Assembly: GCA_965652295.1 (NCBI GenBank)
Contig: CBFGTS010000009.1
Span: 32,001-96,000, forward strand
Length of the DNA: 64,000 bases
Source: an uncultured Haloferula sp.
Lineage (GTDB): Bacteria > Verrucomicrobiota > Verrucomicrobiia > Verrucomicrobiales > Akkermansiaceae
Direction of reading: 5' to 3'
Below are positions 9,255-18,263 of the stretch, piece after piece. The translations under genes and the position numbers were made by a program. Position 1 is the first letter of the stretch, and every line of letters starts with the position of its first letter. The notes beneath the pieces are model-generated. The model was not told where the DNA came from. It saw only the letters and a list, made by a program, of their open reading frames with translations, and made no database searches.

Positions 9255-9668
9255 ATGCAACTCACCCGATTCGATCGCTGGCTCAGGAAGAAATTCGTCT
9301 ACCAGACCCACCTCTACGCGTTGCGTCGCCCGGACGTGATCCCCGCCAGGGTGCGCGTGGAGGAGCTGCCCGAAGTCCCGGGGCGGCAGTACCACTACAA
9401 GTTCATCACGAACTCGGAAAAGGCGGTCGAGGCCCTCATCCAGATCTTCACCGAGCACAACCAGATCTACACCACCCGCATCGTGGACCGCCACGCGTGG
9501 TACGTGCCTCTCATTGCCCCGAAGGGTAAATCCGCCACCTGGTGGGTCGTCTGGGCGGTCCTTTCCCTCATTCTGGCTTCGACCGTAGGCACCGCACTCC
9601 TCGCCCTTTGGAGGAATCCGGACTTCCAGAAGAACCTCGAAGGAGCCTTGGAAACCTTGAAAGGGTAG
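9255..9668 (+). CDS. Hypothetical membrane protein of the pilus cluster
   Basis: 137-aa ORF with typical codon usage and one C-terminal TM (WWVVWAVLSLILASTVGTALLALW). Confidence 0.7.
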   Translation: MQLTRFDRWLRKKFVYQTHLYALRRPDVIPARVRVEELPEVPGRQYHYKFITNSEKAVEALIQIFTEHNQIYTTRIVDRHAWYVPLIAPKGKSATWWVVWAVLSLILASTVGTALLALWRNPDFQKNLEGALETLKG

Positions 9669-9729
9669 GTGATCGCGGCGGATTTCTTGCTTTCCTTAAA
9701 TACTAGGACAGCCTAACTTGCGCCAAGTC

Positions 9730-10137
9730 ATGAGGCATTCTGCTTCCCATCTTGCGCCCCGGGGTTTCACGCTCGTCGAGCTGTCTCTGGTGATCGCCAT
9801 CCTGATCGCCCTGATGAGCACGGGCATGTTCTTTTCCACGGCCATTGAAAAGTGGCGGGCCGGCAAGGAGGCCTCGGAGGTGCTTCGCGGCGCCTACGTC
9901 GCCCAGCGGATGTATCTTGCCGACCATCCGACCACCGCGGTCAGCTCGCTGACCCGTACTGCGATTCTGCCCTACTACCCGAACCGCCCCGCGACCTTCC
10001 CCCAGATCGAGGGATTGGATCATCAAGCCCGGGACATCAAGGTCAGTGTCTCTCCCCCCGTCATCGTCAACGGCGATGGATCCACCTACGATCCGTCCGG
10101 AAAATCGAACGACGCGCTATGGGACGTGGGAGAATGA
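9730..10137 (+). CDS. Second type IV pilin / pseudopilin
   Basis: APRG-FTLVELSLVIAILIAL class III signal (F1, E5). Confidence 0.88.
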   Translation: MRHSASHLAPRGFTLVELSLVIAILIALMSTGMFFSTAIEKWRAGKEASEVLRGAYVAQRMYLADHPTTAVSSLTRTAILPYYPNRPATFPQIEGLDHQARDIKVSVSPPVIVNGDGSTYDPSGKSNDALWDVGE

Positions 10138-10616
10138 GTTTTCCGGGAGTTCTGGTGGCATGGTCCTTCATGTCGTGTCTGGCCATCGCCAAGGCCGAGG
10201 ATTTCCGCCACATCGGTGATTTCACGATCCAATCCCGGATCAAGGTCGCCGAGGGAAAGGTCATCCGGATGCCGGTGGAACCGCTGGTGCTCAGCGCGTT
10301 CACCGACGGCATGAGCGTGCGCCTCGCCACCGCAGGGGCACCGGAATCCGCCAGCGAATACACCATCTACCGTTCCGATGGCATCGGCCGCCAGCGCGGC
10401 GAGCAAGGCGCTCTCGAAGTCCTGCCCGGCGTGCAGGCGACCTGCCAGATGGGCGGCGTGTTGCGGCAGTTGCGGCTCACCGAGGAAACGCTGACGATCA
10501 CCAGCTTCCCCGGTATTTCCAATCAAACGATCATCATCCACGCCGTGGCCACCGCTCCTCCGCGGGCCACGCCCATTTCTCAAGACGAAGCCCCCGTCGG
10601 TCTCCACCAACCCTGA
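10134..10616 (+). CDS. Hypothetical exported protein
   Basis: ATGA overlap with pilin stop; signal-like N-terminus ending AIAKA; beta-rich. Confidence 0.7.
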   Translation: MSFPGVLVAWSFMSCLAIAKAEDFRHIGDFTIQSRIKVAEGKVIRMPVEPLVLSAFTDGMSVRLATAGAPESASEYTIYRSDGIGRQRGEQGALEVLPGVQATCQMGGVLRQLRLTEETLTITSFPGISNQTIIIHAVATAPPRATPISQDEAPVGLHQP

Positions 10617-11320
10617 TGCGCCCTCTCCCGACCAGCCCGGAATCCCTTCCTGAATCCCACTCCAAGGCCTCCCGCCACGCTCTGGAGCTGGGCTCCTCCG
10701 CCATTGCCAGCAACCACCGCCGGTCCGGGGCGGGCTCCCGCAGCGCGTATCCTTGGCTGCTGATCGCCGCCACCTCGCTCGCCGGAGCGTTCTGCTATCT
10801 CTACCTGACCAAGCCCGTCATTGCCGCACCTCAAGCGACGGCTCCCCCATCGTCGCCTGGCGTCGAGGAGGCGGAGGCGGCAACGTCCCCGCCGGCTCCG
10901 GCCAAACCCGAAGCGGTCGCCCCCGCCACCCTCTCCAATCCGGATGCCTCCCCCTTCGAGGAAACCGTTCTCAGGATGCAGCACGTCGTCCTCGCGACCG
11001 GCCCGCAGAACGAGGACCTGGGCCGCCTGACCATCGAAGTCCCCGTCGCCTACGAAAGCGGCACGATCCGCTGGAGCCGCGACGACGTGGCGCTCGCCCG
11101 GTCGCTCCTTTCACGCATCGATCAACACCGCGCCAAGACCCTCGCACTCCGCGAGGAGGCCGTCTCGCTCATCACCGAATGGGACGATCTGATGATTCGT
11201 TCGATTCCCGAAAGCGCCCTGCGCGCCGACAGCCCGACCCTGCCCGAAAACCAGGGGGCCGGAACCGCCGACCAAGCCGGTTTCAAATCCACGGAAACCA
11301 TCGAAATCAACGAGCGATGA
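10616..11320 (+). CDS. Hypothetical single-TM protein
   Basis: TGATG coupling; TM WLLIAATSLAGAFCYLYL, Pro/Ala linker, helical C-terminus. Confidence 0.75.
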   Translation: MRPLPTSPESLPESHSKASRHALELGSSAIASNHRRSGAGSRSAYPWLLIAATSLAGAFCYLYLTKPVIAAPQATAPPSSPGVEEAEAATSPPAPAKPEAVAPATLSNPDASPFEETVLRMQHVVLATGPQNEDLGRLTIEVPVAYESGTIRWSRDDVALARSLLSRIDQHRAKTLALREEAVSLITEWDDLMIRSIPESALRADSPTLPENQGAGTADQAGFKSTETIEINER

Positions 11321-12051
11321 GATCCCTCCTTTCCCTATTCCTGATCCTGCCCGCCATCGCGCAGGACATCGCGCCGAAGGACTCGGAGCGCGATCCGATT
11401 CTCAGCAACCTCCTCCTCAAGGAAGCCGAGGACGAGCCCGCCACCCTGACCGCCAAAGACGACGCCCTGCTGGTCACCGGAAGCCCGCCACCCGAGGCCC
11501 ACCTCGTGGAAGCGGAGGAGGCACCTCCCGCCGAAACCGCGGAAGCCCCTTCCTCCGAAAGCAAGCCGACCATCCCGGAACCACCTCCCGAATCCGCGCC
11601 GGAATCCACCCCGAAGGGCCCGCGTATCACCGTCCAAGGCGGCACCTCGGATGCTCCGATCAGCGGCGAGCGGATTGCTCTCAAAGCCCCCTTCCAACCC
11701 AAGGTTCTCGGTCACCCTCCCGTCGGCTGGAGACTCAGCGAGGCCGATTCGGTTCCACCCGTCGAAGAGGAAGTGACCCTTGCGAATGGCTCCAAGGTCC
11801 CTCTTTCCATCCGCCCCTACCTGCTCGTGCCGGACGCCGATGGTGACCGCTCGTTCGCGCTCATGGAGCCGGGCTTCGAGGGCTCTCGGGGCTACGCCCA
11901 AACAGGCACGGTCGGTGCCATCCTCGCCGATTCCATCCACCATCTCGATAGCGATGTGGACCGACTCGCGGCCGCATCCCGCCGGCTGACCGAACTTCTC
12001 GACTCCCTCCCCGCCGCGCCTCCCACCCCTTCACCTGCCGAATCCCCATGA
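11317..12051 (+). CDS. Hypothetical exported protein with Pro/Glu-rich linker
   Basis: ATGA overlap; signal MRSLLSLFLILPAIA; C-terminal coiled coil. Confidence 0.72.
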   Translation: MRSLLSLFLILPAIAQDIAPKDSERDPILSNLLLKEAEDEPATLTAKDDALLVTGSPPPEAHLVEAEEAPPAETAEAPSSESKPTIPEPPPESAPESTPKGPRITVQGGTSDAPISGERIALKAPFQPKVLGHPPVGWRLSEADSVPPVEEEVTLANGSKVPLSIRPYLLVPDADGDRSFALMEPGFEGSRGYAQTGTVGAILADSIHHLDSDVDRLAAASRRLTELLDSLPAAPPTPSPAESP

Positions 12052-12608
12052 AAGCGGACCTCATTCCCATCGCATGCAGTGCGGCCATGGCCATCATGGT
12101 CGGTGCCGCCGCTTCCCACTTCGCCACCGTGCGGCAGATGGTCGATCTCGCCCAACTGGAGGCCTCACCCCTCGCACCCCTTTCATCCCCCTCTTCCGAG
12201 CCAGCGGAATCAGGCGAACTTCTCGACCTCATCGCCCACCTCCAGGAGCAGAATCACCTTCTGCGTGCGAACATCCGGTCGGCGTCCCAGGGAACGCCGC
12301 ATGCCGACGCCGAGACCGCGCCGCTGCTCACCACCGCCGATGCCTCCCCGCGCGACCTCCAACGCCTGCTTTCGGAAATCATCGCCCAGAACCGCGAACT
12401 CCAGACCAAGCTCGCGGAGACCAACCGCGACGTGATGGCGCTCGAGTTCCGCGTCGATTCCCACTCCGAGCAGTTCCGCCCGCTCAATCTCGAATACGGC
12501 ACCGATTATCCCGTGGCCTCACCCGTCACTTCACCGGACGTTCTCGACGACATGCGCAACGACATCGGCGTCCTGCCGCCCCTGGACGAGTCCGATTACA
12601 CTCAGTAA
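12048..12608 (+). CDS. Hypothetical N-anchored coiled-coil protein
   Basis: ATGA overlap; hydrophobic N-terminus; heptad-like LQRLLSEIIAQNRELQTKLAETNRDV. Confidence 0.72.
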   Translation: MKADLIPIACSAAMAIMVGAAASHFATVRQMVDLAQLEASPLAPLSSPSSEPAESGELLDLIAHLQEQNHLLRANIRSASQGTPHADAETAPLLTTADASPRDLQRLLSEIIAQNRELQTKLAETNRDVMALEFRVDSHSEQFRPLNLEYGTDYPVASPVTSPDVLDDMRNDIGVLPPLDESDYTQ

Positions 12609-13162
12609 TACGGCCGCAGCATCAGGTAGCAGACCGGCCCCGTCACCGCTACGTAGAGCCACAGCGGGAACACCCAGCGTGCCAACCTGCGGTGCACTTC
12701 GAAACGATGGGTCAGCGCCGCGATCAGCGTGAACAGGATCGGCGGAAAACTCACCGCGGCCGCCACGATGTGCGTGATCAGCAGGAAAAAATAGACGGCC
12801 CGCATCCCGCCCTCGCCCGCATACCGCGTCGGGTCGTTGGTCAGGTGATAGGCCACATAAGAAAGCAGGAACAGCACGGACAAGCCGACGGCACCCAGCA
12901 TGGCCGCCCGATGCGCGGCCACCTTGCCCTGCTTGATGAAAATCAGAGCCATCACCAGCACGAGCGCCGCCAGTGCGTTCACCGCGGCATGAAACGGAGG
13001 CAAAAACGACGTGCTCCAGCCCTCCGGCAAATCCAGCCGCACCCGCTGCATCACCGCCACCAGCGTCAGCACCAGCGCGGAGACGATCCACGCCACCACC
13101 TTCAGTTTCGAGGCCAACGCCTCGTTCGCCGGCCGCGCCAGCCACTCGCTCCGTTCGTTCAT
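12602..13162 (-). CDS. DUF420 family membrane protein (cytochrome oxidase assembly associated)
   Basis: HRAAML...FL.SY..YH, YFFLLITHI, HRRLARWVFPLWLYVAVTGPVCYLML. Confidence 0.9.
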   Translation of the reverse strand: MNERSEWLARPANEALASKLKVVAWIVSALVLTLVAVMQRVRLDLPEGWSTSFLPPFHAAVNALAALVLVMALIFIKQGKVAAHRAAMLGAVGLSVLFLLSYVAYHLTNDPTRYAGEGGMRAVYFFLLITHIVAAAVSFPPILFTLIAALTHRFEVHRRLARWVFPLWLYVAVTGPVCYLMLRPYY

Positions 13163-13860
13163 TCCGCCAACTCCTTTTCGATCCGTTCGTGCAGCTCCGC
13201 CTTGAGCCGCTCGTAAAGCTCCGGGTCCCGCTGCCGGCCTTCGTCACTGCGAGCATCCGCCAGCGGCCACTTGCCCACCACGTTCAGATCGCGATCGATC
13301 AGCAGCAGTCCGAGGTCGTGCGCATAGCGTCCGTTCGACTGGATATCCAACGGGTCCTTGCGCTCCCGGATCTCGAAAAATCCCAGCTTCTCTTCGAGAA
13401 ACCGGTGCGTCTCCTCCGCATCCTCCGCCCGCGCGAACCACCAGCTCTCCGGCTCCGCGCCAAGCGCTTCACCATACGCCTTCAGCTCGGCCAGACCGTC
13501 GGTTTCCGGATCCACCGAGATACACACCATGCGGAAATGAGGGTTGCTACGGTAGCGATCGTACAAAGCCTTCAGCTCGGCCCCGTTGCGCACCGCGCAA
13601 TGCGGGCACACCGCGAAAAACTGGGCCAACACCGTCACCTGCCCCTCCAGGTCGGCCAGCTTCACCTTCTCCCCGTCCTGCCGGGTCATCTCTAGATCCC
13701 CATCGATCGGGAAAAACGTTTCCACCTGCTCGGTCCCGACGTCCTTCACCAGCGGAAGCTCGGTCTCCGGCACCCGATTGGCGATCGTGATGAAAAACAC
13801 CACCATCGCCACCGAGGCGAGGGCGACGATTCCGTAGATGGCTGCGATTTTGCCCTTCAT
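13159..13860 (-). CDS. SCO/SenC family protein (CxxC variant)
   Basis: N-terminal TM, QDG..V...DL.G, FFAVCPHC, ISVDPETD, distal His (YAHD). Confidence 0.85.
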   Translation of the reverse strand: MKGKIAAIYGIVALASVAMVVFFITIANRVPETELPLVKDVGTEQVETFFPIDGDLEMTRQDGEKVKLADLEGQVTVLAQFFAVCPHCAVRNGAELKALYDRYRSNPHFRMVCISVDPETDGLAELKAYGEALGAEPESWWFARAEDAEETHRFLEEKLGFFEIRERKDPLDIQSNGRYAHDLGLLLIDRDLNVVGKWPLADARSDEGRQRDPELYERLKAELHERIEKELAE

Positions 13861-14651
13861 GATTCCCCTTCCTTCTCCTTGGCAGGCTCCTTGAGCAAGC
13901 CGTCGATCGTTTCGAAAAGCAATTCTTCCAGCGCCTCCACGTTCGACGTTCCGAGCCCCTCCGATCTCCCCTCCGCATCCCATCGCGCGGCCTGCTCGAA
14001 ATCGAAATCCACCTGGTTCCGGTAATTCAGCTCCTTGCCCGAGGGCTGGCGCGCCCGCACCGTCGCCTTGCGGATGTGCCGGTCGCGGTCGATCACCACG
14101 ATCGAGGGGTCATACTCCCACACACCCTCCTTCTTCGCCGGGTAGAATCCCGCCTTCAACCGGTTCTTCAGGAACTTGTGCAGGCTCTCCTCCTTGGCCC
14201 CCGCCAGCCACCATTGCGGCAGCGTGGCACCAAGCTCGTCCGCATATTTCTCCAGCTCCGCGGGTGGCTCGTTTTCCGGATCCACCGTCAGGTTCACGAT
14301 GTGGAAATCCTCCCGGCCCGCATACCGTTCCGCCAGATCCGCCAACACCTTCCGCGTCGTCTTCCAGCCGTCCGGCTGGGAAAAGCTCACCGGTGAAATC
14401 ACCCACACGTCCCCTGCCAGATCGAGCAAGCCGGCCTCGCTCTCGTCCTGACGCCAGACCTTGAAGTTCCTGTCGAGCCGCGCGATCAGGGCCGGCCGGT
14501 CGTCCTTCGCCGCCTCCGCGGCATGGCGATTGTAGGCGAAGAGCACCATCAGGCCACTCACGGTCATCAGCACCAGCAGGATCAGGCCGGTGCGACGGAG
14601 TTTTTTCGGATCCCTCTCCGCGGGCTCGAGGTGGGCGACAGGGCTCTTCAT
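13857..14651 (-). CDS. SCO-like protein lacking Cys/His ligands
   Basis: TM, RQD...GL.DL.G.V, LTVDPENEP, IVVIDRD.HIR SCO fold motifs; no Cys in the protein. Confidence 0.75.
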   Translation of the reverse strand: MKSPVAHLEPAERDPKKLRRTGLILLVLMTVSGLMVLFAYNRHAAEAAKDDRPALIARLDRNFKVWRQDESEAGLLDLAGDVWVISPVSFSQPDGWKTTRKVLADLAERYAGREDFHIVNLTVDPENEPPAELEKYADELGATLPQWWLAGAKEESLHKFLKNRLKAGFYPAKKEGVWEYDPSIVVIDRDRHIRKATVRARQPSGKELNYRNQVDFDFEQAARWDAEGRSEGLGTSNVEALEELLFETIDGLLKEPAKEKEGES

Positions 14652-14669
14652 CGGGCCGCGGAAACTAGA

Positions 14670-15581
14670 CTACCCCCACGCGAACGCAAGACATCCCAGC
14701 TCGATGGGCAGGTACAACAGCGTGGACAGGAACAGTTTTCGAAACGAACCCCGCTCGCCATCCCGCATGAACCGCCCGGAAAGCGCCGCCAGCATCAGCC
14801 CCATCAGCACGCCCGCGCCCAGCGCCACCAGCCCCGGCACGCCCGGAGTCCAGCCCGCCAGCCACGGCCACAGCGGCAACGCCGCCAGCACCAGCGAAAA
14901 CACCGCGCTCAGCAAGGCGCACTTTTTGCCACTCACATCGCCGTTGCTCCACATCTTGTAGCCCGCCGTTTCGTACTCCTCCCGGCACAGCCACGAGATC
15001 GCCACGAAGTGCGGCAACTGCCACAGGAACAGCAGCGAAAACAAAAACCACGCGCCCCAGTCGAGCCCGTGGCCCGGCACCGCCGCCCAGCCGATCATCG
15101 GGGGGATCGCCCCCGGAATCGCACCCACCAGCGTGTTCGTGCTGCTCCAGCGCTTCAGCGGCGTGTAGATGAAAACATAGGTCGCCACCGTCACCGCCGT
15201 CAGGATCGCCGTCAGCGGGTTCACCTTCGCGGAAAGATGGATGATCCCCATCGCCGCCAGCATCCAGCCGACTCCGAACGCGAACAGCGGATCCATCCGT
15301 CGCGATGGCAGCGGCCGGTCCGCCGTGCGACGCATCCGCGCATCCAGGTCCACCTCCATGAGCTGGTTGAAGGCCGCCGACCCGAAAGCCGCCAGCCCGG
15401 TGCCGATCAGCGTGTTGGCCAGCAGCAGCCAGTCGATCGGTGCCCCCTTCGAAGCCAGCAGGAAGCCGAAGAACGTCGTGATCAGCACGAACACGTTCAA
15501 CCGGACCTTCATCAGGACCATCAGGTCCTTCCGCAGTCCCGGCTTCGTGTCCGCCGCACTCGTTGACGTCTCTTCGCTCAT
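14670..15581 (-). CDS. cyoE: Protoheme IX farnesyltransferase (heme O synthase)
   Basis: NQLMEVDLDARMRRTADRPLP, YTPLKR, GAIPGAIPPMIGWAA, FLWQLPHF UbiA-family motifs. Confidence 0.95.
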   Translation of the reverse strand: MSEETSTSAADTKPGLRKDLMVLMKVRLNVFVLITTFFGFLLASKGAPIDWLLLANTLIGTGLAAFGSAAFNQLMEVDLDARMRRTADRPLPSRRMDPLFAFGVGWMLAAMGIIHLSAKVNPLTAILTAVTVATYVFIYTPLKRWSSTNTLVGAIPGAIPPMIGWAAVPGHGLDWGAWFLFSLLFLWQLPHFVAISWLCREEYETAGYKMWSNGDVSGKKCALLSAVFSLVLAALPLWPWLAGWTPGVPGLVALGAGVLMGLMLAALSGRFMRDGERGSFRKLFLSTLLYLPIELGCLAFAWG

Positions 15582-15591
15582 GGATTCCCGC

Positions 15592-16671
15592 TCACTTCAC
15601 GTAATCCTTCCGATAGTAGATCTTCACGAACCGCATGTCGCGCTCGCTGTCGTGACCGTGCTCGATCACCCCGTCCGGCTCGGCCGCCACCTTTGGCTTC
15701 AGCCGCACCTCCACGCCGGTATCCAGCTTCATCACCGATTTCATCAGCTTTCGCGCCTTGCTCACCTCGCGTTTGGAAATGGAGAACTCCTCATCGAGCT
15801 TCACCCCCTCGTCCTCCTCCAGCTTCCGCCGCTGTTCGGCGAATTTCGCCTTCGCCTCCGGCGTGCGCAGGGCCTGCTCCTCGAATTCCTGGAGCGAGAA
15901 TTTCTTCTTTCCGTCGAAGTACGAAAGCGCCTCGTTCGCCGCTTTGTTCGACTCCCACGGCGGCGAATCGTCGCCCCCCTCCGCCTCGCTCCTCGGCTCC
16001 GTGGCCACCGCCGCCACCGCCATTTCCGCCACCCGCTTGGAAAACAGGTTGTCGTCGGCGATCGGCACCACGCCCAGGAAATCGCGCACCCAGAACCGCG
16101 ACTCGTTGCCCGCCCGGTCGAAGGTCAACACGTAGAATCCCTTCTCCTCGAAGTGCTCCAGGATCAGGCAGCCCTTGTCGATTTTCTCCGGGTGGATCCC
16201 CTGCTCGGTGTGCAGCTCCAGATCGCCGTCCTTCGTCGCGATGCTCAAAAAGGGCGTCACGCTTTCCGACTTCAGAATGCACAACGCGCGCTTCGTCACC
16301 CCGTCCCACTTGATTCCCTCGATCATCGCCACGCACAGGTCGCCCGACTTGATGTTCGGGTGGTTCGACTTCGAGTAGAGCCGCGTCGCGATCGCCTGTC
16401 CGTTTTCCAGCAACGAGCCCGGTTCCGCGAAAACCGTCTTCGCCACCTGGTTCATCTCGTGTTTTTCCAGCGCACTGTGGTGCTGGAAGCGCTGGCCTTG
16501 CAGCGACCGGAACGGCCGCGTGAAAATCCCCGAGAGCAGCCCCTGATCGTCGGCATCCACCTCGAACACCTGCTTCGACGTCTGCAAGGGCTCGTCCCGC
16601 GACGGATTCCCCACCTTCGCCAGCACCAGGCCCGCGATGCGGGCATCCTCAAATTCCAGTCTCAACTGCAC
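15592..16671 (-). CDS. Nucleoid-associated protein (YejK/NdpA 37-kDa family)
   Basis: LA.VGN..R.E, IA..LY..S.HPNIKSGDL, ILKSE, DKGCLI, FW...FL motifs. GTG start approximate. Confidence 0.8.
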   Translation of the reverse strand: MQLRLEFEDARIAGLVLAKVGNPSRDEPLQTSKQVFEVDADDQGLLSGIFTRPFRSLQGQRFQHHSALEKHEMNQVAKTVFAEPGSLLENGQAIATRLYSKSNHPNIKSGDLCVAMIEGIKWDGVTKRALCILKSESVTPFLSIATKDGDLELHTEQGIHPEKIDKGCLILEHFEEKGFYVLTFDRAGNESRFWVRDFLGVVPIADDNLFSKRVAEMAVAAVATEPRSEAEGGDDSPPWESNKAANEALSYFDGKKKFSLQEFEEQALRTPEAKAKFAEQRRKLEEDEGVKLDEEFSISKREVSKARKLMKSVMKLDTGVEVRLKPKVAAEPDGVIEHGHDSERDMRFVKIYYRKDYVK

Positions 16672-16737
16672 GCGCACCCCTACCGGCCCCCACCCTCCGG
16701 CGAAAGGGAAATCTGGAGCCGGCGTGGCGGGGAAACC

Positions 16738-17175
16738 ATGACCGTCATTTCCTCCGTGCTCCTCTGCTGCGTCTTCGCCGCCGTCGGTGCTTATGGGGCA
16801 CAGCCGTCGGGCCTGCCGAAGGCCGATCCAGCCAATAAGGAGCATGTGATCCAGCCAAAGGTGCCGGATATCACCCACAAAGTGGATTCCGACGAGCTGC
16901 GGGTGTGGTATCTGGCGAAGGGCACGCGATCCGAGGGCGTCCATGGAGCCCTCGTCCATGGAGCCCTGCGCGTGGAGGGAGATTGGGTCGAGAGAACGGA
17001 GATCGGGGAGTCGATCACGTGCAAGTCGGGATGGCTGCCGAAGGACCTTTCGACGGTGTTTCCGAGCCGGGCGAAAAAAACCAGCCGGGAGCGGACATGC
17101 AGCGACCGTGATTTTCCAAAAGCCACAGTTTTGCCAACGTCCGCCTGCGCTCCTCACTTGCCTGGCGCGGCTTGA
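16738..17175 (+). CDS. Small exported hypothetical protein, possibly degenerate
   Basis: Signal-like MTVISSVLLCCVFAAVGAYG; internal 15-nt tandem duplication; C-terminus looks non-canonical. Confidence 0.4.
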   Translation: MTVISSVLLCCVFAAVGAYGAQPSGLPKADPANKEHVIQPKVPDITHKVDSDELRVWYLAKGTRSEGVHGALVHGALRVEGDWVERTEIGESITCKSGWLPKDLSTVFPSRAKKTSRERTCSDRDFPKATVLPTSACAPHLPGAA

Positions 17176-17193
17176 GCTGGCCTGCTGGGACTC

Positions 17194-18189
17194 ATGAAAG
17201 TCGCCGTCTTTTCAACCAAACCCCACGACCGGAAGTCGTTCACGGAGGCGGATGCGGGTCATGAGTTCGTGTTTTACGAGAACCGTCTGCGGAGCGAAAC
17301 GGCGGGCCTGGCGGAAGGTTGCGAGGCGGTGTGTGCGTTCGTGAACGACGAACTGGATGAGCCGGCGTTGGCCGGGCTGGCGGCGTGCGGGGTGAAGCTG
17401 GTGGCACTGCGCTGCGCGGGATTCAACAACGTGGATCTGGCGGCGGCGGAGAAGCTCGGCATCCGGGTGATGCGGGTGCCGGAATACTCACCGCATGCGG
17501 TGGCGGAGTATTGCCTGGGCCTGCTGCTGGCGGCGAACCGACACATCCACAAAGCCTACAGCCGCGTCCGGGAGGGGAACTTCGAGTTGAAGGGACTGCT
17601 GGGCTTCGACCTCCACGGCAAGACGGTGGGAGTGGTCGGCACGGGGAGGATCGGGCGGATTTTCTGCCAACTGCTCAGTGGCTTCGGCTGCCGGATCCTG
17701 GCCTGCGATCCCTACCCGCAGAAAGACGCGATCGACGCCGGGGCGGAGTATGTGGAGCTGGACCGGCTGCTGGTGGAATCGCACGTGATCACGCTGCACT
17801 GCCCGCTGACGCCCGAGACGCATCACCTGATCGATGACACCGCGCTCGCGCAGTGCCGGGACGGAGTGCTCTTGGTGAACACCTCGCGCGGCGGTTTGGT
17901 GGACACGGAGGCGGTGATCCGGCATCTGAAATCGCGCAAAATCGGAGGACTGGCACTGGATGTGTATGAGGAGGAGTCGGGAATCTTTTTCGAGAACCTG
18001 AGCGACGAGGTGATCGATGACGACGTGCTGATGCGCCTGATGACTTTCCCGAACGTGCTCGTGACCTCGCATCAGGCGTTCTTCACCACGGAGGCGCTTG
18101 AGAACATCACGCGGGTGACGCTGGGAAATCTCGATGCTTTCGCCCGCGGGGAACCAGAGGTGGAAACCGAGGTGAGGAGAGTGGACTGA
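17194..18189 (+). CDS. ldhA: D-lactate dehydrogenase / D-2-hydroxyacid dehydrogenase
   Basis: ALRCAGFNNVDL, YSPHAVAE, GTGRIG, NTSRG, LDVYEEE, TSHQAFFT. Confidence 0.92.
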   Translation: MKVAVFSTKPHDRKSFTEADAGHEFVFYENRLRSETAGLAEGCEAVCAFVNDELDEPALAGLAACGVKLVALRCAGFNNVDLAAAEKLGIRVMRVPEYSPHAVAEYCLGLLLAANRHIHKAYSRVREGNFELKGLLGFDLHGKTVGVVGTGRIGRIFCQLLSGFGCRILACDPYPQKDAIDAGAEYVELDRLLVESHVITLHCPLTPETHHLIDDTALAQCRDGVLLVNTSRGGLVDTEAVIRHLKSRKIGGLALDVYEEESGIFFENLSDEVIDDDVLMRLMTFPNVLVTSHQAFFTTEALENITRVTLGNLDAFARGEPEVETEVRRVD

Positions 18190-18263
18190 AACGCGGAGGC
18201 TGCGCGCAGGTCGGGGGAAAAAGGAGAAAGGAAAAACAGAGACGCCGAATTGCCGGCCTTCCC

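Noticed and set aside
15241..17157. 644-aa plus ORF and 521-aa minus ORF as single proteins
   Set aside because: Each is a real shorter gene extended by the antisense of its divergent neighbour.
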